Shown: in pieces, positions 41,126 to 55,621 of the stretch
Layout: each line of letters begins with the position of its first letter
Position numbering within the stretch: position 1 is the first letter of the stretch
Made by a program: the position numbers and the translations under genes
NCBI GenBank assembly: GCA_051294375.1
Contig: CM119264.1
Coordinates: 29,887,693-29,951,692 of the forward strand
Direction of reading: 5' to 3'
Source: Paraspadella gotoi
Lineage: Eukaryota > Animalia > Chaetognatha
Length of the DNA: 64,000 nt
Notes under the pieces: generated by a model
Databases searched by the model: none
The model's input: the letters and a program-made list of their open reading frames with translations, nothing else
Told to the model about the DNA's origin: nothing

Positions 41126-42795
41126 CTCTTCTCTCTCTTCTCTCTTCTCTCTCTCTCTCTCTCTCTTCTTTCTCTAACTCTCTCTCTCTCTCGTCGTCGT
41201 TCTTTAAATTCTTTATTTGCTTAATTATTCCTCGCTTTTTTTTTGTATTTGCGTCTCATTGGATTTTATTTTAAATATGTTTTAATGTTTGGTCAGTATA
41301 GATGTTTTTTTTTCTACTTGGTGAAAAATACGAAACAAAAGACCAATATCGTCATTGCGCGGGCGCAATGAATGTTGTTTGATGTTGGTTTTTGGCATTC
41401 GCTGCGATTCCTTTTTTGGATCTGATCTCTAATCAAAACGGAAAACCATTGATGCCGACAACGAAAAAAGATGTCGGCGACGACCGACGACGAAAGAAAC
41501 GAGATGACAAACTACGGACGACGGACGAAGACGACAAAATCGAAAAACGACGTCGACGACGACGAAGAAAACGACCGATGACGACGACGACGACAGAAAA
41601 CGACCGACGACGACGACGACAACAGAAAACGACCGACGACGACGACGACGACCAATTCCAAACACTTTCTCTTCAACTTCGACTTCTTAAAAAAGATTCT
41701 AAAAAAATTGAGGGACTTTTAAACAAAGAGAGAGGGGCGTGAGTGGCGTGGAGTGGGACGTCAGTGGACGTTGCCTCAGCGTTTCCGCGTTCTTCGTCTT
41801 CTTCGAAGCCAAAAAAGGAGGATTTAAGTCAGGATTTATTCCTGGAATTTATTTCGCCAACTAGATTAAGAGACGATAAAGCGCTCAGTTTTCTTTTCGC
41901 GTTGAGGTTACGGCAGATGGCGCGACCGAACGAAATCAAGATGGCGGAGGAAGAAAACTGTAGTCACCTCGAGACGCAGGACTGGAATGCGATCGCCGGT
42001 GGACTAATTACTGTAATTTACGTTAATATTTATTTGGTTGTATACCTAAATTTTAATTTATTTTTATTTATGTATTAGATTACTTTTGTGTTTATTCATG
42101 CAAAAAATTTATTTATTTCTTGATTTATTTATAACATAGTATTTCATATTAGTATCTAATGTATTTATTTATTTATATAATTTGTTTTTAAACTTCATTT
42201 TTTTTAATTCGTTAATCTTTCGATTTATTACATTCATCTCTTTACTCATTAACTTTTTCTCCGTAATATTTATACGAAGAGAGATTTTTCACAAAACGAG
42301 AGCCAAAAGGGAACGAAGTTACCAACTGGTAGATACTTCATGTTTGTCGAACTAATTATTCCTTTCGCCGTCTCGCACCAGGAGGCTTCGACATGCATAA
42401 TCAAACTTGTAAACAAAAGGTAACATCATCACATGTCATATTTTCATATGAAACACTTCTTATTTCTTTTTTTGGAATTATTTCATTATCTTGTATTTTT
42501 TGATTGGTGGATTTTTGACCGCAATTCCAAAGCACCCATTTTGTCCAAATCCCGAACTTAATTTTTAAGCCAAATCCCTAACCCAATCCTTTTACAAAAT
42601 TGATGAATAAATAAAACATTAATTTATTAAATCAATAATTAATTCTTATCTCTACATACCAACAAAAACCAACCAGAAGGACTCGGCAGCCTTAAAAAAG
42701 CTTTTTAAAACGCAAAAAAGGAAAATAAAAGATCTTTTCTCTTGCTTGGTTTGCGTCAGGCGTATATTAATGGTTCCAAATCGTTTAAACTCTCT

Positions 42796-42838
<43 letters not shown>

Positions 42839-42907
42839 ATTCAGTGTCACCCCATAGGAGGCACTCGCCAATATTTTCCTACCGGCGTCTCCTCTCTCTC
42901 TCTCTAG

Positions 42908-42969
<62 letters not shown>

Positions 42970-44864
42970 CATATCTACAAATTCCCTTCTCCATTTTATT
43001 TTTTTTTCATTCAATTTTTTTTCCTTAAATTCTTCTCTCATTTCTCCTCATTCTTCTTTTCAGTTCCATCGGCGGCCATTTTGTTTTTCTTTCTCTCCTT
43101 TTAAATTTTCTCGTAAACCTTCGAGAATTTTGTTTGTTTCTTTACTACATTTTCCTTTATTCATTTCCTCCGTCTCCCTCTTTTCCACTCCTCTCTGTCT
43201 CGCTCTCGCCTTCCCTATCTATTTTTTAACAGATGACGACTCCTCGTTCAAAAACGTTTCCCTAGCGGCGAATAAAGGGAAAGGACGAATTAAGAACCCG
43301 ATGCGGTTACATTATCTACGGACGCTGCATGTTACTTGAGCGGCTTGGGTGCCACCTTAGCTAAAGGTAGCCTCTTCGGGCCAACAGCGTGGAACCTGGG
43401 TCCAAGGGATGGCCATTCAAGGGCTAATTGGTCTTCACTGTTTACCGTCAAAACTTGTGTGCAGCCACGACTGTTAGCGTGTGTGAAAGAGTATTTAACA
43501 TTACATTACAATAAAAATTATTCACAAGACGTATCTGAATTGCTCTTTCTTGAAGTCGCTTCTCGAAAAGGTATGAACCGCTTATCGCTTAAGTCATCTT
43601 TCTCATGGCCAAGTAAAAAGACTAAATAAACAACTCATATCGAAAACCAAAAACCTTGTCACATTTAAAAATCTATAAAACTACCAATATATTTTAATCT
43701 CAATGAAAATGGGAGAATTCGAGGAAGGAAGCTTATTTATGGAAAATGCCGCTTAAAAATCAAAAAGAGGCTGGCGACTGACTCCGCCGCTGCTGCCGCG
43801 CCGCAGCCACTGCCGCCGCCGCCGCCGCCGCCCATATCTGCCTTTAGAATACTTCTCGCGATTGAGCGGCGAAGCGTCGGCGGTTCGAAGCCAAGTTTGA
43901 CCCTAAAAGTTGAGCCTAACCTTGACCCGAATGGAGAAGCGAAGCCTTTTATCTTCGTCTCCAGCAGCGATTGGAACTTTTTTTTATCAATCCCGTTTAG
44001 CGATTTACTTTCATCTCGATGAAAATCAATTATTTTTAAGAAAATTTTTTCAAAATTGTTTTCTTTTATATTTTTTTTTTCAAGGTTTAACCATAGTTCT
44101 TATATAAATTAAATTCAAAAGTAAAATGATGGTATTTTATTGTTAACAATTAACTTACAAATTAATATTAGTTATATTAAAAATTAAACCCTTGAAAAGC
44201 GATTGCAGATGTATTGGCCGAAGCCACTGGTTCTTTTTAAGATGGAAAAAATCGTTTTCTCATTTATCGAATTAATTTTTTTATAGCGTCCAGGAACGGA
44301 AGCCGATCGTACGAGATAAAATGGAAAGGAGAAAAATGAGGACAATTGGATAAGATTCCCTTCTGCCCAAATTACATTCGGAAAACTTATTTTGATCGAT
44401 TCTCTTCTCCTTTACGATTTAAGGAAATTGATATTCTTTTCTCGTTTTGCGCTTAAAAAACTTTTTTTCTCCCTTATGGATGAAAAAGTTAATTAATCTT
44501 TTAAATTGGCCCTTAATTGGCTGAGAATCTCAATTGACTGTTTTAACTTTTCCTCGTTTTTATGCTTCCCCCCCCACTTCTCCGCCCTTCCCTCGCTGCG
44601 CCACCGCCCGTTTTGACGCCACGCTGGCCTTAGTTATTATTGTTTTTTTTTTTTATCATTTACTAATTGATAGTTGATCCAGTGAGAAAACAGTGAAACG
44701 TGATCAGTGATCACCTATCACTGATTCACCTATCAGCTACAGCGGAAAAAATAAATAATTCAATCGTCCGTCAAATATCGTCGTTCGCTGAACAAATATT
44801 CGTCACGTGCACTTGAATGTAGAGCGAGTGACGTCTCCGTGGGTCCTCCTTTCAATATCGGATG

Positions 44865-44923
<59 letters not shown>

Positions 44924-46110
44924 CTCTTTCCTCTCTCTTCTCTCTCTCTCTCTATCCAACGCCTGTCGCAATAGCCGATCCAGCGCGATTCGATTCCACG
45001 TAGCGCTATTCGTCGCTTCGGTCGTAATTCAGTTTTTTTTGTGCATTACTCTAGATGTAAAGGCTTATGTGTGAGGGGAGGAGAGAGAGGAGAGCAGAGA
45101 AGAGAGAGAGAGAGAAGAGAGAGAAGAGAGGAGAAGAGAGGAAGAGAGAGAGAGAGAGAGAGCGATGACAAAAACGTTTTCGAACGAGTCTCGCGATCCA
45201 AGTTGGGAGAGAGGTCGATTCTCAGTAAACCTCAAGTTCGGCGAGGAATGAGATTAAAGGAGGAAGATAAACAGAAATAAGGAGCGAAAGAACAAAAGGA
45301 GCGAAAGAAAAAGAAAAGAAAAAGGAACGAAAAGAGACCAGGAAAAAAAAAAAATGGAGGAAAGGAAAGAAGAAAAAAACAGAAAAGAAAAGAACTGGAG
45401 GAAATGGGATGTTAAAAAGACATATTGAGGAAAGAAAAAAATAGGAAAGAAAAAAGGACAGGCGAAAGAAAAAAGAAAAAAATCGAATAAAGAAAAATGA
45501 AAGGGAAAAAATTTGAGAGGAAAAAAAGCAAGGAGAACAATGAAGGAAAAGAAGAAAGAGGAAGAAGATGGAATAAAACTACGAAATCATTATACCTGAA
45601 GAGAATGAATAGAATGAATGAAGAAATGATGCTCGGCATCAGGAACATAACTAATGAGGAAAAGTCACAGAAAAATAGACAGATATTAGAAGACAAGACA
45701 AAGAGAGAGAGAGTAGAGATGAGAGAGAAGAGAGAGAGAGAGACAGAGAACAGAAGAGAAAGGAGAGAAAGAGAGAGAAGAGACAAGAGAGAGAAAATAA
45801 AGAGAGAAACCTGACCATAAAATTCATGAGCAAAAAAGGGGGGAATAAGGAGAATAGAGAAGGAGAAGCGAAAAAATCCAAAAGAGGGAAAGAAAAGTAA
45901 AAAGAGGAAAAAAAAGTTGGTTCTCCTCGAGAAAAAAGAAAAGGAAAAAGGGAAAAAGGAAAGGAAACAAGGAAAATAAAAAGGAAAGCGGTTTCTCATA
46001 TCCTAAGAATCGCATGATGACCCTCGAGCAAGTGCATTCGACCCACTCAGGCAATACCTTTCCAACGCCAAATTCAGGCCAAAAGTCATTCTGTTTCCTT
46101 TTTTCTCTTT
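37310..46110 (+). repeat. Direct duplicate of 24183-25830 plus 28785-37290
   Basis: Colinear identity with many 1-nt indels. Lacks the inverted block and a 712-bp segment (33498-34209). Confidence 0.92.
37385..37760 (+). mobile_element. DINE-1/HINE-like element, full length
   Basis: 5' gttgcgcc (37391-37398) plus hairpin, GTCY tract and 3' end, flanked by T runs. Confidence 0.7.
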
Positions 46111-46804
46111 CTCTTTTTTTTGGGGGGGGTTCCTGCGCTAGAGCCAAACTTCGTCAATAGGGGCTGGGTTCAGAAGTTGATTTGCGGAACTTTCCAAATG
46201 AAAAACTTCATACATTTCTGCAGAAGAACTTTCAATGGAGCTAAATTTTTCTAAAATGGCAAAGAAGCATTAGTAAATTTAATTTTTAATATTTATTTAT
46301 AGCATAGAAATGTCAAAAAATTTTTTTGAATTTTTTATTTTTTAAATGCAAATTCAAATAGTTATGAACAAGTTATCACACAAAGGTATAATTTCTTTTT
46401 TTCAAATATCTTGATGATAAGTGGGTTAAAATTAAGAAAAAACCTTAAAAAATCATCATCATATCATCATCCAATGATTTTAGCATTTTTACTAATTTTT
46501 AGTAATAAAACATCAAAATTTTTAAAAATTGTAATTATATTTTTTGCTTCTAACTTTTTTAAGCTCTATCAGAATCAATTAAAAAAACTTAAAATATTCC
46601 AAAAAAAAATTTTTAAACATTATATTATCAATATATAAATTAATTAGCGAATTACTCATGGTTTCTGAACATTTTTGCAAAAAAATATTTTTAACACAAT
46701 AATTATTACAATAACTGAATTAGTTTAATGCTGTTCCATTAAAAATCTTGAATTTGGTCGGCTACCGCTACCTGCGCAATTCGATATTTATTTTTGAAAA
46801 ATTT

Positions 46805-46825
46805 CGTCGTCGTCGTCGTCGTCCA

Positions 46826-46857
<32 letters not shown>

Positions 46858-47176
46858 GTCCGTCGTCTCGTCGTCTGTCGTCGTCGTCGTCGTCGTCGCG
46901 TCGGTCGGTCGTCGCGTCGGTCGGTCGGTCGCGTCGGGTCGGTCGGTCGTCGTCGTCGGTCGTCGGTCGGATCGGCTGTCGGTCGGTCGGTCGGTCGGTC
47001 GGTCGGTCGGCGGTCGGTCCGGTCGGTCGGTCGTCGGTCGGACCGGCGGTCGGTCGGTCGGTCGTTCGGTCGGTCGGTCGGTCGCGTCGGCCGGTCGTCC
47101 GGTCGGTCGGTCGGTCGGTCGGTCGCGTTCGTCGCCGGTCGGTTCGGTCGGTCGGTCGCTCGGTCGGTCGTCGGTC
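46805..47176. repeat. Compound (GTC)n/(GGTC)n microsatellite
   Basis: Read directly. Confidence 0.95.
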
Positions 47177-47251
47177 TCTCTCTATCTCTCCTCTCATTCC
47201 ATTTCCCGTCTTCTTTCTTCTCTCTCCCTCCGCTCTCTCTCTCTCGCTCTC

Positions 47252-47286
<35 letters not shown>

Positions 47287-47639
47287 CNNNNNNNNNNNNN
47301 NNNNNNNNNNNNTCTCTCTCTCTCTCTCTCGATCAACAGATGATCTTTTTCATGTGAATCCGTGACTTATCTTCCCCATCATCACCATCATCTTTCACCA
47401 TTGTTATGAACCGAATCACGTGATCCTTCCTTACTCCTTTTAATGTTCACTCAAACTGTGAGCCGTGACGTTTTCACGATCGCTCTCTCGACATCTCAGT
47501 GAAAGCGATGTCACAATTTTGCTTTTTGTCACTTTTCACACTTGGTGTGATTTGTTGGGAAAGTCACGAATCACAAGAGGGGAGAAAACTCATTGAAATT
47601 TTTGTAGCGAAAAAAATGAAGAAGTTATGAATAACCAAG

Positions 47640-47950
47640 CTTGATTGATTGATTGATTGATTTATTGATTGATCGATTGATCGATTGATTGATAGATTCA
47701 TAGATTACGACGGACTGACTGATAGCAGATTTGAGTGATTGATTAATAAATTAATATGTGATTACTATACGAGTGATTGTATGATTGAAAAGACTGGTTG
47801 ATTGTTTTATTGATTGATTGACTGATTCGCAGATCGATACCTTGATTCATTGATTTATTGGCTGATTGTTTGATCGAACGATCGATTTATTGACTGCCCG
47901 ATTGATTGAGCGATGAATTGATTCAATTCATTCATTCAATTCATTCATTA
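47640..47950. repeat. Degenerate (ATTG)n microsatellite
   Basis: Read directly. Confidence 0.85.
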
Positions 47951-47989
47951 ATCCATCGATCGATATCAATTCATCATCTCCCCCCTCAC

Positions 47990-48182
47990 CTTCTTCGAAG
48001 TAATTCCCCGACAGAATTGAACAGATGATGGCCAACATCCCGAAGACCGGATTCACGATGTAAGTGAAGAGAGAGAGAAGCATGTAAGTCGGCGGCTTCT
48101 CGTCGATCTCTTCCTCTTCCCCCATCGCTCCCGAGGCGGCGCCACCGAATCCGCCCAGATCCGCCAAATCCGATGGTTGGAA
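47990..48182 (-). CDS. CD225/dispanin (IFITM/PRRT/SynDIG-like) exon: FQPSDLADLGGFGGAASGAMGEEEEIDEKPPTYMLLSLFTYIVNPVFGMLAIICSILSGNYFEE(G)
   Basis: ctcccag| acceptor and aag|gtgagg donor, 193 nt. The PPxY-hydrophobic-P-x-x-G-x-x-A-I-x-x-S pattern is typical of CD225. Confidence 0.85.
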
Positions 48183-49139
48183 CTGGGAGATTGGGGGTCG
48201 GGAGGAATATGGAAAAGGGAGGTGAGGTTTTCTCTGGTCTTTTAGGGTTTTTTTTTCAAGTCTTTTAAGGTCTTTTAAGGCCTTTTTCAGGTCGTTTTAA
48301 ATCTTTAAAGGTNNNNNNNNNNNNNNNNNNNNNNNNNAATGCCAGAAAAATTTTTATTATTAATCAAACTAATTAACAAAACTTTACACGTTTTATCTTT
48401 CAGCTTGAATTAATGGACAATATTTTAATATCCAAGTCAAATTAAATTAATTCAAATAATTAATATGTTCATTTTGTAATCTAGTTATTAATTCATTGGG
48501 GCCAAGAATCACGGTCCACTGCGGGGCGGTCGACTCCAAAAGCCCAAGAATTGATAAAGGATTTGAGGGGGTGAGGAAAGTCAAAGTTTGTCATTTTGGT
48601 AAAGTTTTTTATTGCGTTAGCTAGTTCAATTTATATCATTTTCAGTTAACTACAGCCTTTGTCTATGTTGTCAGGTCCATTTGTAATGCCATTTGTCATT
48701 TTTAAGGGTATTTGTTAGTTCCATATAGTAAAGAGCTATTTGCTGCAAGACGCGCTACATTTTGTCAAGTTATTTGGTCCGTAATTTGTCCAACGCATTT
48801 ATCATTTGTAAGACAATTAGTCCTGTCATTTGTGTCAATTATTTGTAAGCGGACATTCTGTCAGTCAATGCCCATTTTTTTCAAGTTCATCTTGTACACA
48901 TCTTCTTATCAGTCATTTATCATTTAATTATTATTCTTTTCCATTTGAACCAAGTCGTTTCATTTGTCAAGTCATTTTCACCAATTTGTCTATCCACGTT
49001 GTCATTTGTTAGTCTCATTATTCTTTTCACGGTTGATGAGAGAGAGAGAGAGTGTAAGCAGAACGACCAGCTGTCTAATCTTGAGGAAAAAAGATAAACG
49101 ATGATTAAATAAAGATAGATACTATTGAATATTCCCAAG

Positions 49140-49320
49140 CTGGTGAAGAAGAATTGAAGAGGGAAGCTCAACGACAAGCCGAAGGCAAGCTCGAGACAAA
49201 GATAAAGAGAAGTTCGAGGGCAAGCATAAGAAAGGGTCGAGATAAGCCGCAAGCGGCGTGCCAGCCTCGGCGTTAAGAAAATAGCATTTCTGGACAAGCA
49301 ATGTCGGGATCTCTCTCCGG
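49140..49320 (+). CDS. Possible exon (consensus ..EELKREAQDKPKASSRQDKEEFEASIRKVEISRKRRASLGVKKIAFLDKQCRDLSP..)
   Basis: Frame obtained by combining both arms. No family recognised. Confidence 0.25.
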
Positions 49321-52085
49321 GGAGGGAAATAAAAGAGATTGAGAGAAGAGAAGAGGGAGTAAAGAAGAGGGACGAGAGAGGAGAGAGGGAGGAGAGGAGA
49401 GAGAGGAGAGAGAGATGAGAGAAAGAAAAGGAGAGAGAAAAAAAATAGAAAAGAGAGAGAAAAAAGTGAGAAAAAGAGAAAGAGAAAAAAGGAGAGAGAA
49501 AAAGTAGGGGAGGGGAAAGAGAGAAGAGAAGGAGAACGAAAGAACAGAGAACAGAAACCGAAGAGAAAAGAGAACGAAGAGAGGGAGGGAAGCGAAGAAG
49601 AAAAGAGAAGAAAAAAAAATAGGGAGAGAGACAGGGGGAAAAAAAGTAAAAGAAAGAGAGAAAGAGAGAAAAGAAGGAAGAAGAGAAAGAAGTACTATAG
49701 AAGGGTGACCTGTCTGGTCGGCGGGCGATGGCATCTTTGTTAGACAAGAGCAGAGAGAGAGAGAAGAGAACAGGAGAAAGAGGGAGACGGAAAGAAGAGG
49801 AGAGAAAGAAAATTTTAGGGAGAGAGAAGAGAGAGAGAGAGAGAGAAAGAGGAGATTAGAGAAGAGAGAGAGAAAGAGACGAGAGAGAGAGAGAGGCGAT
49901 TTAGGGAAAATGGCATAAAAAGAGTGCTCCCGTTCTGACTTTCGGCGAGGTGGAACGAAATCTTGTTCTTTTTTTTAAAACTTATTTTTGTCCTTTTTCT
50001 TTCTGCTCTATTTTTTTTTCAATTCTAATATTTATCGTTAATATAGTTAAATCGCATCTGCCTGTGCATGAATCTCTGAACTGCAGCTTTTGTTCGGCTG
50101 TTTCGTTAATTCATTAATTAACTAAAAAAAAGTTCTGTTTTTGCTGACGAACAGCTTTAATTTGATATATCACCAGCCCATTTTTTAAAAAAAAACTTTT
50201 TGGATTTTTTCTGTCGTTGCCGAAGACTGCTTACTAAGGCGTCTGACAGCCTGACATAAATGACAGCCTAGAATGCCTGACATTCTTTAACACGGTTATA
50301 AGATTCTTCTTTTTTTAGTAGTTAACTTACTCTTCCTCTTCCAGCACTTCACAAATTTAGCCTTTGCCTTCACTGCTGCTCCACGGGAATTTCCTCTGCC
50401 ATCACACAGCCTCATAACCCAGCCTACCGCCGCCATCCATTACCACCAGCCTCAACCAATCCATTACTTACCTCCGCCCAGCCACCACCGCCATCCATTA
50501 CACGCGCTCTACCCAATACATTAACCTCACCAGCGACCCACCCCCATTCCATTTCCCCAGCCTGCTAAAAACCGTAAGTCAATCCCATTACCGGCCCAGG
50601 CCTCCACCCAGACCATTACCTCCACCAAGCCTCCACCCACATCATTGACACCTCAACCTGCAACCCCAGGTCATTTAACCCCCAGCCACGCAGCCCCATC
50701 CAGTTACGCACTCAGCCTCTACCCCAAAGTCCCATTACCCCAGCCACCCACGCGCACATCCCAATACCCCTTTTAGCGCTCCACCACCCGTCCATAACCG
50801 CCGCCTTCACGACCGCCATAACCCAGCTCCACCCCATCCATTGTTCACCCCAGTCAACTCCAAAACCCTATGGCATTCACCCCAGCACTTCCACCCCATC
50901 CATTCCTTCTCTTCCGGGGCAAAAGCGAATCCCTTTCCGAATTTTCGGTTTGGAAACGGGAATTTCTCTCTACCCTGCGTAAAAAGAAAAACGAAAAAAT
51001 AGATGGGGAGAAGGAATAATCGCGAATAGCCGAAAAAAAATGCGAATGGTTTTCGAGTTGCTGACGCTCCCGAAGTTTAATCCTTTAACTTTAACAGAGG
51101 GTAAGCTGTGGGAAAGACGCTAGTTGGGCTACAAGGAGTGCTATGCGCAACTCCTTTCAAACAAACCACGCCCATCAATCAGCAAGGAAACGGGTCCTGG
51201 GCTGAACAGGCCTTGAGAAGGTTTCGCCCAGCCCTCCGCGGTTTACGCGTCTCTCCAGACGTTTCCCCGCTGGGTAGGTACAGTTGAGGGATATCAAATC
51301 TGCGGCACCTGATGGTCGCTCAGCACCTGGTAAATCACTTATTACAAAATGAGGTGAAGGGTTAAGGGATTCAGCTTAAGGTTAGGGGTTAGAGAGAGGT
51401 TAGTGATTAGGGTTTGGGAAATTAGGTTAGGGATTAAGGTTTATGGTTTAGAGGGTAGTATAAATAGAATAATAGGTTCTAAAAGTTTTGGGTTTAGGAT
51501 TCCAGGTTCAGAGAAAATTAAAATAATTTTTTTGTAAAAAATATTAAAAAACTAAAAAAACTTGGATATAAACGAGCAGAAGGGGTATACTTGGAAAGGG
51601 GAGCATAAAAAATGGGGGGGCACTCTTGGAAAAACCAGAACAGAAAATGGGTAGTTTTAAGAAAAGAGAAGCAGAAAATAAGGCACTATTAGAAAAGAGA
51701 GCAGAAATGGGGCACCTGGAAAGAAGAGCCAGAAATGGGGCACCCTCCTTGTGAAAAAAAGGAGAACAGAAATTGGAAAAACACAAGTTGGAAAAAAGAG
51801 CAGGAAAAATGGGGGACAATCTTGGGAAATATGGAGGTGCCGGGAGGGTCCAAATAAGTTTTTTTCCACATGATGTCGTCAATCGTCTTCGTCATCGGTC
51901 ATCGCTCATGGTTTATTTTTTTTTTTAACATATTTTTGATCTTCATCTGCGTCCGTATCGTCGTCGTCGTCGTCCGTCGTCGTGCGTCGGTCTTCGTGGA
52001 AGGAAAGTTGAAGATTTTCTCATTTCCACGGTTTCGTTTACGTGCCGGGCGGTTAAAAGAGTTGGGTCAATTCGGATCTTTTTTC

Positions 52086-52294
52086 ATGAAATGCAGCCAC
52101 TGCACGTTGCCTTACCCCGTTGTTCTGACTGCGTGTCGGAGTCTTATCCTTCTAATCTCTGCTGCTTGCTGCTCCTTGCTTTGTTGCGCAACTATGTCCG
52201 CTGCACGAAGGACCTTATTCTTTGGCTGCCTGCATGGGCAGTTTGTCCTCGGGATTCGATCCCCGGGACGAAGGTTTTTGCTTCTTCCAATAGG
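52086..52294 (+). CDS. Noisy inverted copy of the signal-peptide exon at 61365-61539
   Basis: ATG at 52086 and donor agg|gtgagt at 52295. Confidence 0.45.
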
Positions 52295-53567
52295 GTGAGT
52301 CGATTTGTGTTGTTTTCTCTTTTGAATGAATCTAAGCAAAATATAAATAATTAAGGTAACTTACACTCCCAAAAATAAGTATAAAAACTAAAAGCCTCAA
52401 TAATATTATCAATTAGATTTTTAACCCTTTGAGAATAATATCGATCGGGAGGATGGGCAAAACGCCGCGGGATTTTATCTGATTAATTCTAGATTGCAAA
52501 AGCTCGATGGAATCTCGAAATTTAAATTTATATAAAATAAGATTTAATTATTTTAAAAAAAATATAATATTATACTTTAAAGCAATATAAAAATATTATT
52601 TTTCCGCCCCTAAGATTATCAATAAAAATTAATATTAAAACAATTTTTAATTTTAAATTTATTATTTAAAAAAAATATAAAACAAATTAAAAATAATAAT
52701 GTTTTAAAATAATATTTTTATATAGCATATTAAATTTTTTTTTAAAATTTCCCGAATTCGGAAACCACCCCGCCTTAACGTTTATTATTTCATCTGCCCA
52801 ATTTTTTTTCCCGGTTACCATCGAAAATTGAGATTCATATGCATTTTGTTTCAGTCTTTTGCGGGCTCCAACGAAAAAAAAGACAACATAAAAAAGAACA
52901 AAGGAGCAAAAAGGATTTAAAAAAAAAAAAAGTATTAACTCCAGAATATTAAACGAGAACAAGGGAAAGAAATTTTCAAAAATAAAAAAGGGAAAAGAAG
53001 GAGTTCTTATCTCCTCAACGGTTGACGTGATTGAATTACTTAAAGGTAAAAGGAAGAAAGGAAAGGGAAGATGGAATAATTACAGGGACTAACGCGGAAA
53101 AATATTCAAACAATTTGAAACTAAAAAAAAAAATGTTTAAAACTCATTCCTTTAATTATTTCATTGTTCAAGTATTCAATAAGAAAGGATTATTTTTAAA
53201 AAAGTTTTTCTTATCTACTTAATTTCTCTTCTTCTTAGTTCTTTTTACCCGACCAACATTTTTAAACTCACTGTTTCAATTAATCAGCAAAGTTGTCCTT
53301 AAGAGGTTAAAAAAACTCAAGGAGAACGAAATAAATTGATATGATGAGACGAAGGAAGGAAAGAAGAAAGGAGATAGGAGAAAGAGAGAGAGAGAGAGAG
53401 AAAGAGAGAGAAAGAGGGAGAGAGAAGAGAGAGAGAGAGGAGAGGAGAGAGAGAGAGAGAAGAGAGAGATCTATAAGCAGGACAAACAAAAAAGAAGTGC
53501 ATAGAGGTTAGCAAGGAAAACAGAAAAACTGCCACCTCTCGACAGAATTATCGATAAATATAATTAA

Positions 53568-53718
53568 AGAAAAACAATTTTGGTTTGAACAACGATTTTT
53601 TTTTGGACCATAATAGAGCCAGACCAATGTTTCGGCTAATTCAGTTAGAGCCTTTCATTAACAGCTAATTATTCAAAAATAAAATCCGTTTTGTCAAACC
53701 AAAACTGTTTTTTTTCTC
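53568..53718 (-). ncRNA. Noisy inverted copy of the hairpin-embedded hammerhead
   Basis: Reverse complement reads aattagctgttaatgaaaggctctaactgaattagccgaaacattggtctggct. Confidence 0.45.
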
Positions 53719-54721
53719 CTATACTGTATCAGAAAACAAAACAACGAAAAGAGAGTATAATAACAACAATGAAAAAATATAATATAGCATATATATGATT
53801 TAAATAAAATCAATCTAAGAAAGCGGGGTGACCAAACATATAAAACTTAAAGGCTGTCTTACTCATGTTAAAAGATAATAGCAATAGAAACGGCGACCGA
53901 AGCCACCGGGACGCCAAGCTTCCAGAGAATTTGGGCTTTTTGGGGTTTTTTTAAAATAGATAAAATAAAATAAAATTAAAATAAATAAAGTAATTATCGC
54001 TATCGACGTATTTGTTGTATTATAAAATCTTCACCCAGCGCTGGGAAACCGTGGGCCCGTGCCGGCAGCAATTAAAAATAATTTAAAAAGTCTACATAGA
54101 CAGACAGACAAAAAATTTTTCTCCGATGGCGTCTCAAACAGAACCAAGAGAGAAAAGGGAAGAAATAACCTCTGGAGATGAAAAAAGGTCAAATTCCTCT
54201 TTTATGGTCGAATTTCGTGGGATTTAAAAATGCAGAGGAAAATTCGGGTTTTGAAAAAAAGAAGGAAAATCTAATCTCAGAAATTAACAAGAAAAAAATA
54301 ATACGGAAATGGAAAGAAAAATAGAATATATTTTAAAATTTATTTATTTTTTAGAAATATTAAGAATTTTGAAATAGAATTTGACTACCACATTAAAATC
54401 AATATTTATTAATTAATTCTACAATCAAAATTCATTGAGGTAACCCCGATCGTTTTCACTTGAACTTAAAACCAGTCTATGTTGGAATTAAAGTCTCGAT
54501 CACCTATTACAAAAATATACTATATAATAAAACACCCTAACGCAGGTTTTTCAAATCCAAAACAGGTCTTACATTCTTTTTGTATTAAGTTATTTAAAAA
54601 AAGATTAATGCAAAATATACGAATCTTCAATACTTTTGATAGGTCGAACTACCAGTGACTACGCAAAGACCTTTCATCTTCATCAAACTTTTTTTTTTAA
54701 ACGCCCCCATTTTGTTTTTTG

Positions 54722-55016
54722 TTAGTTGCGGCGGCCGGCGAGTACGTCGCCGAAGGAGCAATCCTATTAGTCCTTTTTGTCGGTCGGTCTGTCATATGTC
54801 GGCCCTCGCGTGTCTGTCTACTAGTTAAAACGTTATAACTTGCACTATAGTTTATTGCTCATTTGTTTTTTTTTTTTTGTTTTGAAAAAAAATCAATTCT
54901 AAGCGCTCTGCGCGCCTTTTTTTTTAAAAAAGATATAAATATAGTAAATAATCAAAGAAATAAAAAAGAAAGTAAAAGTGCGGCCAACACCTTTGGAAAT
55001 AACCGTTCCTTTATGT
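54722..55016 (+). mobile_element. DINE-1/HINE-like element (shorter subfamily); inverse copy at 58925-59205
   Basis: tagttgcg..gagtac.tcgc..gagcaa 5' end, gtcggtcggtctgtc tract, gcaacac..accgttcct 3' end. Confidence 0.6.
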
Positions 55017-55270
55017 TTAGTTTTTTGCCTTTGGAGGAAAAGAATCAAAAAATAATCTTATGAAATTTAAGTGAAAAAAAGAAAAAAAATCGCAAAAAAC
55101 AGCCGGGAAAAATAAAGATGGCGTCTGCGATCCAAAGTTTGGTATCAACACGCCAACATTCCCGATACTCAGGTGAGAACAACGGGCTATCTGTTGCCTA
55201 ATATGGTTTACTGATGACTTAATTTAACTTTTTTTTTTAGTTTAATTTAAAATTCATTTTTAGATAAGAC

Positions 55271-55621
55271 TGGGGAAGATGGGTATCTACGCTAAAGGTA
55301 GGTACTGAACTTATCCTCTCATCCAAGGGAAAAGAGGTAAGTAGGGTAAGTATGATATGGTAAAAGGAAAACAGATAAACAAAGTGTTATCAAGGGTTTC
55401 ATAAAAGGAGAAAGGGAGAGGGAAGGTTTTGCAAGACCTCCCGAGACCGAGAGGAGAAGTTGAGAAGATTCTGTCCATCTCCAAGAAAGCTCCTATCCGT
55501 GAACTCCGGTGGATGAAGAGGAGGGACGACTCTCGGGAGGGGAAGGAGAAAAGCGTGAGAGATGGGAAGAGAAGCCCGGGGAGAGAGAGTTTGGCGGTAG
55601 GGTGAGCCTCTATTCTTGGTA
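55271..55621 (-). mobile_element. Solo LTR of the element at 56964-58677
   Basis: Reverse complement matches both LTRs and carries both outer flanks of the full element. Confidence 0.65.
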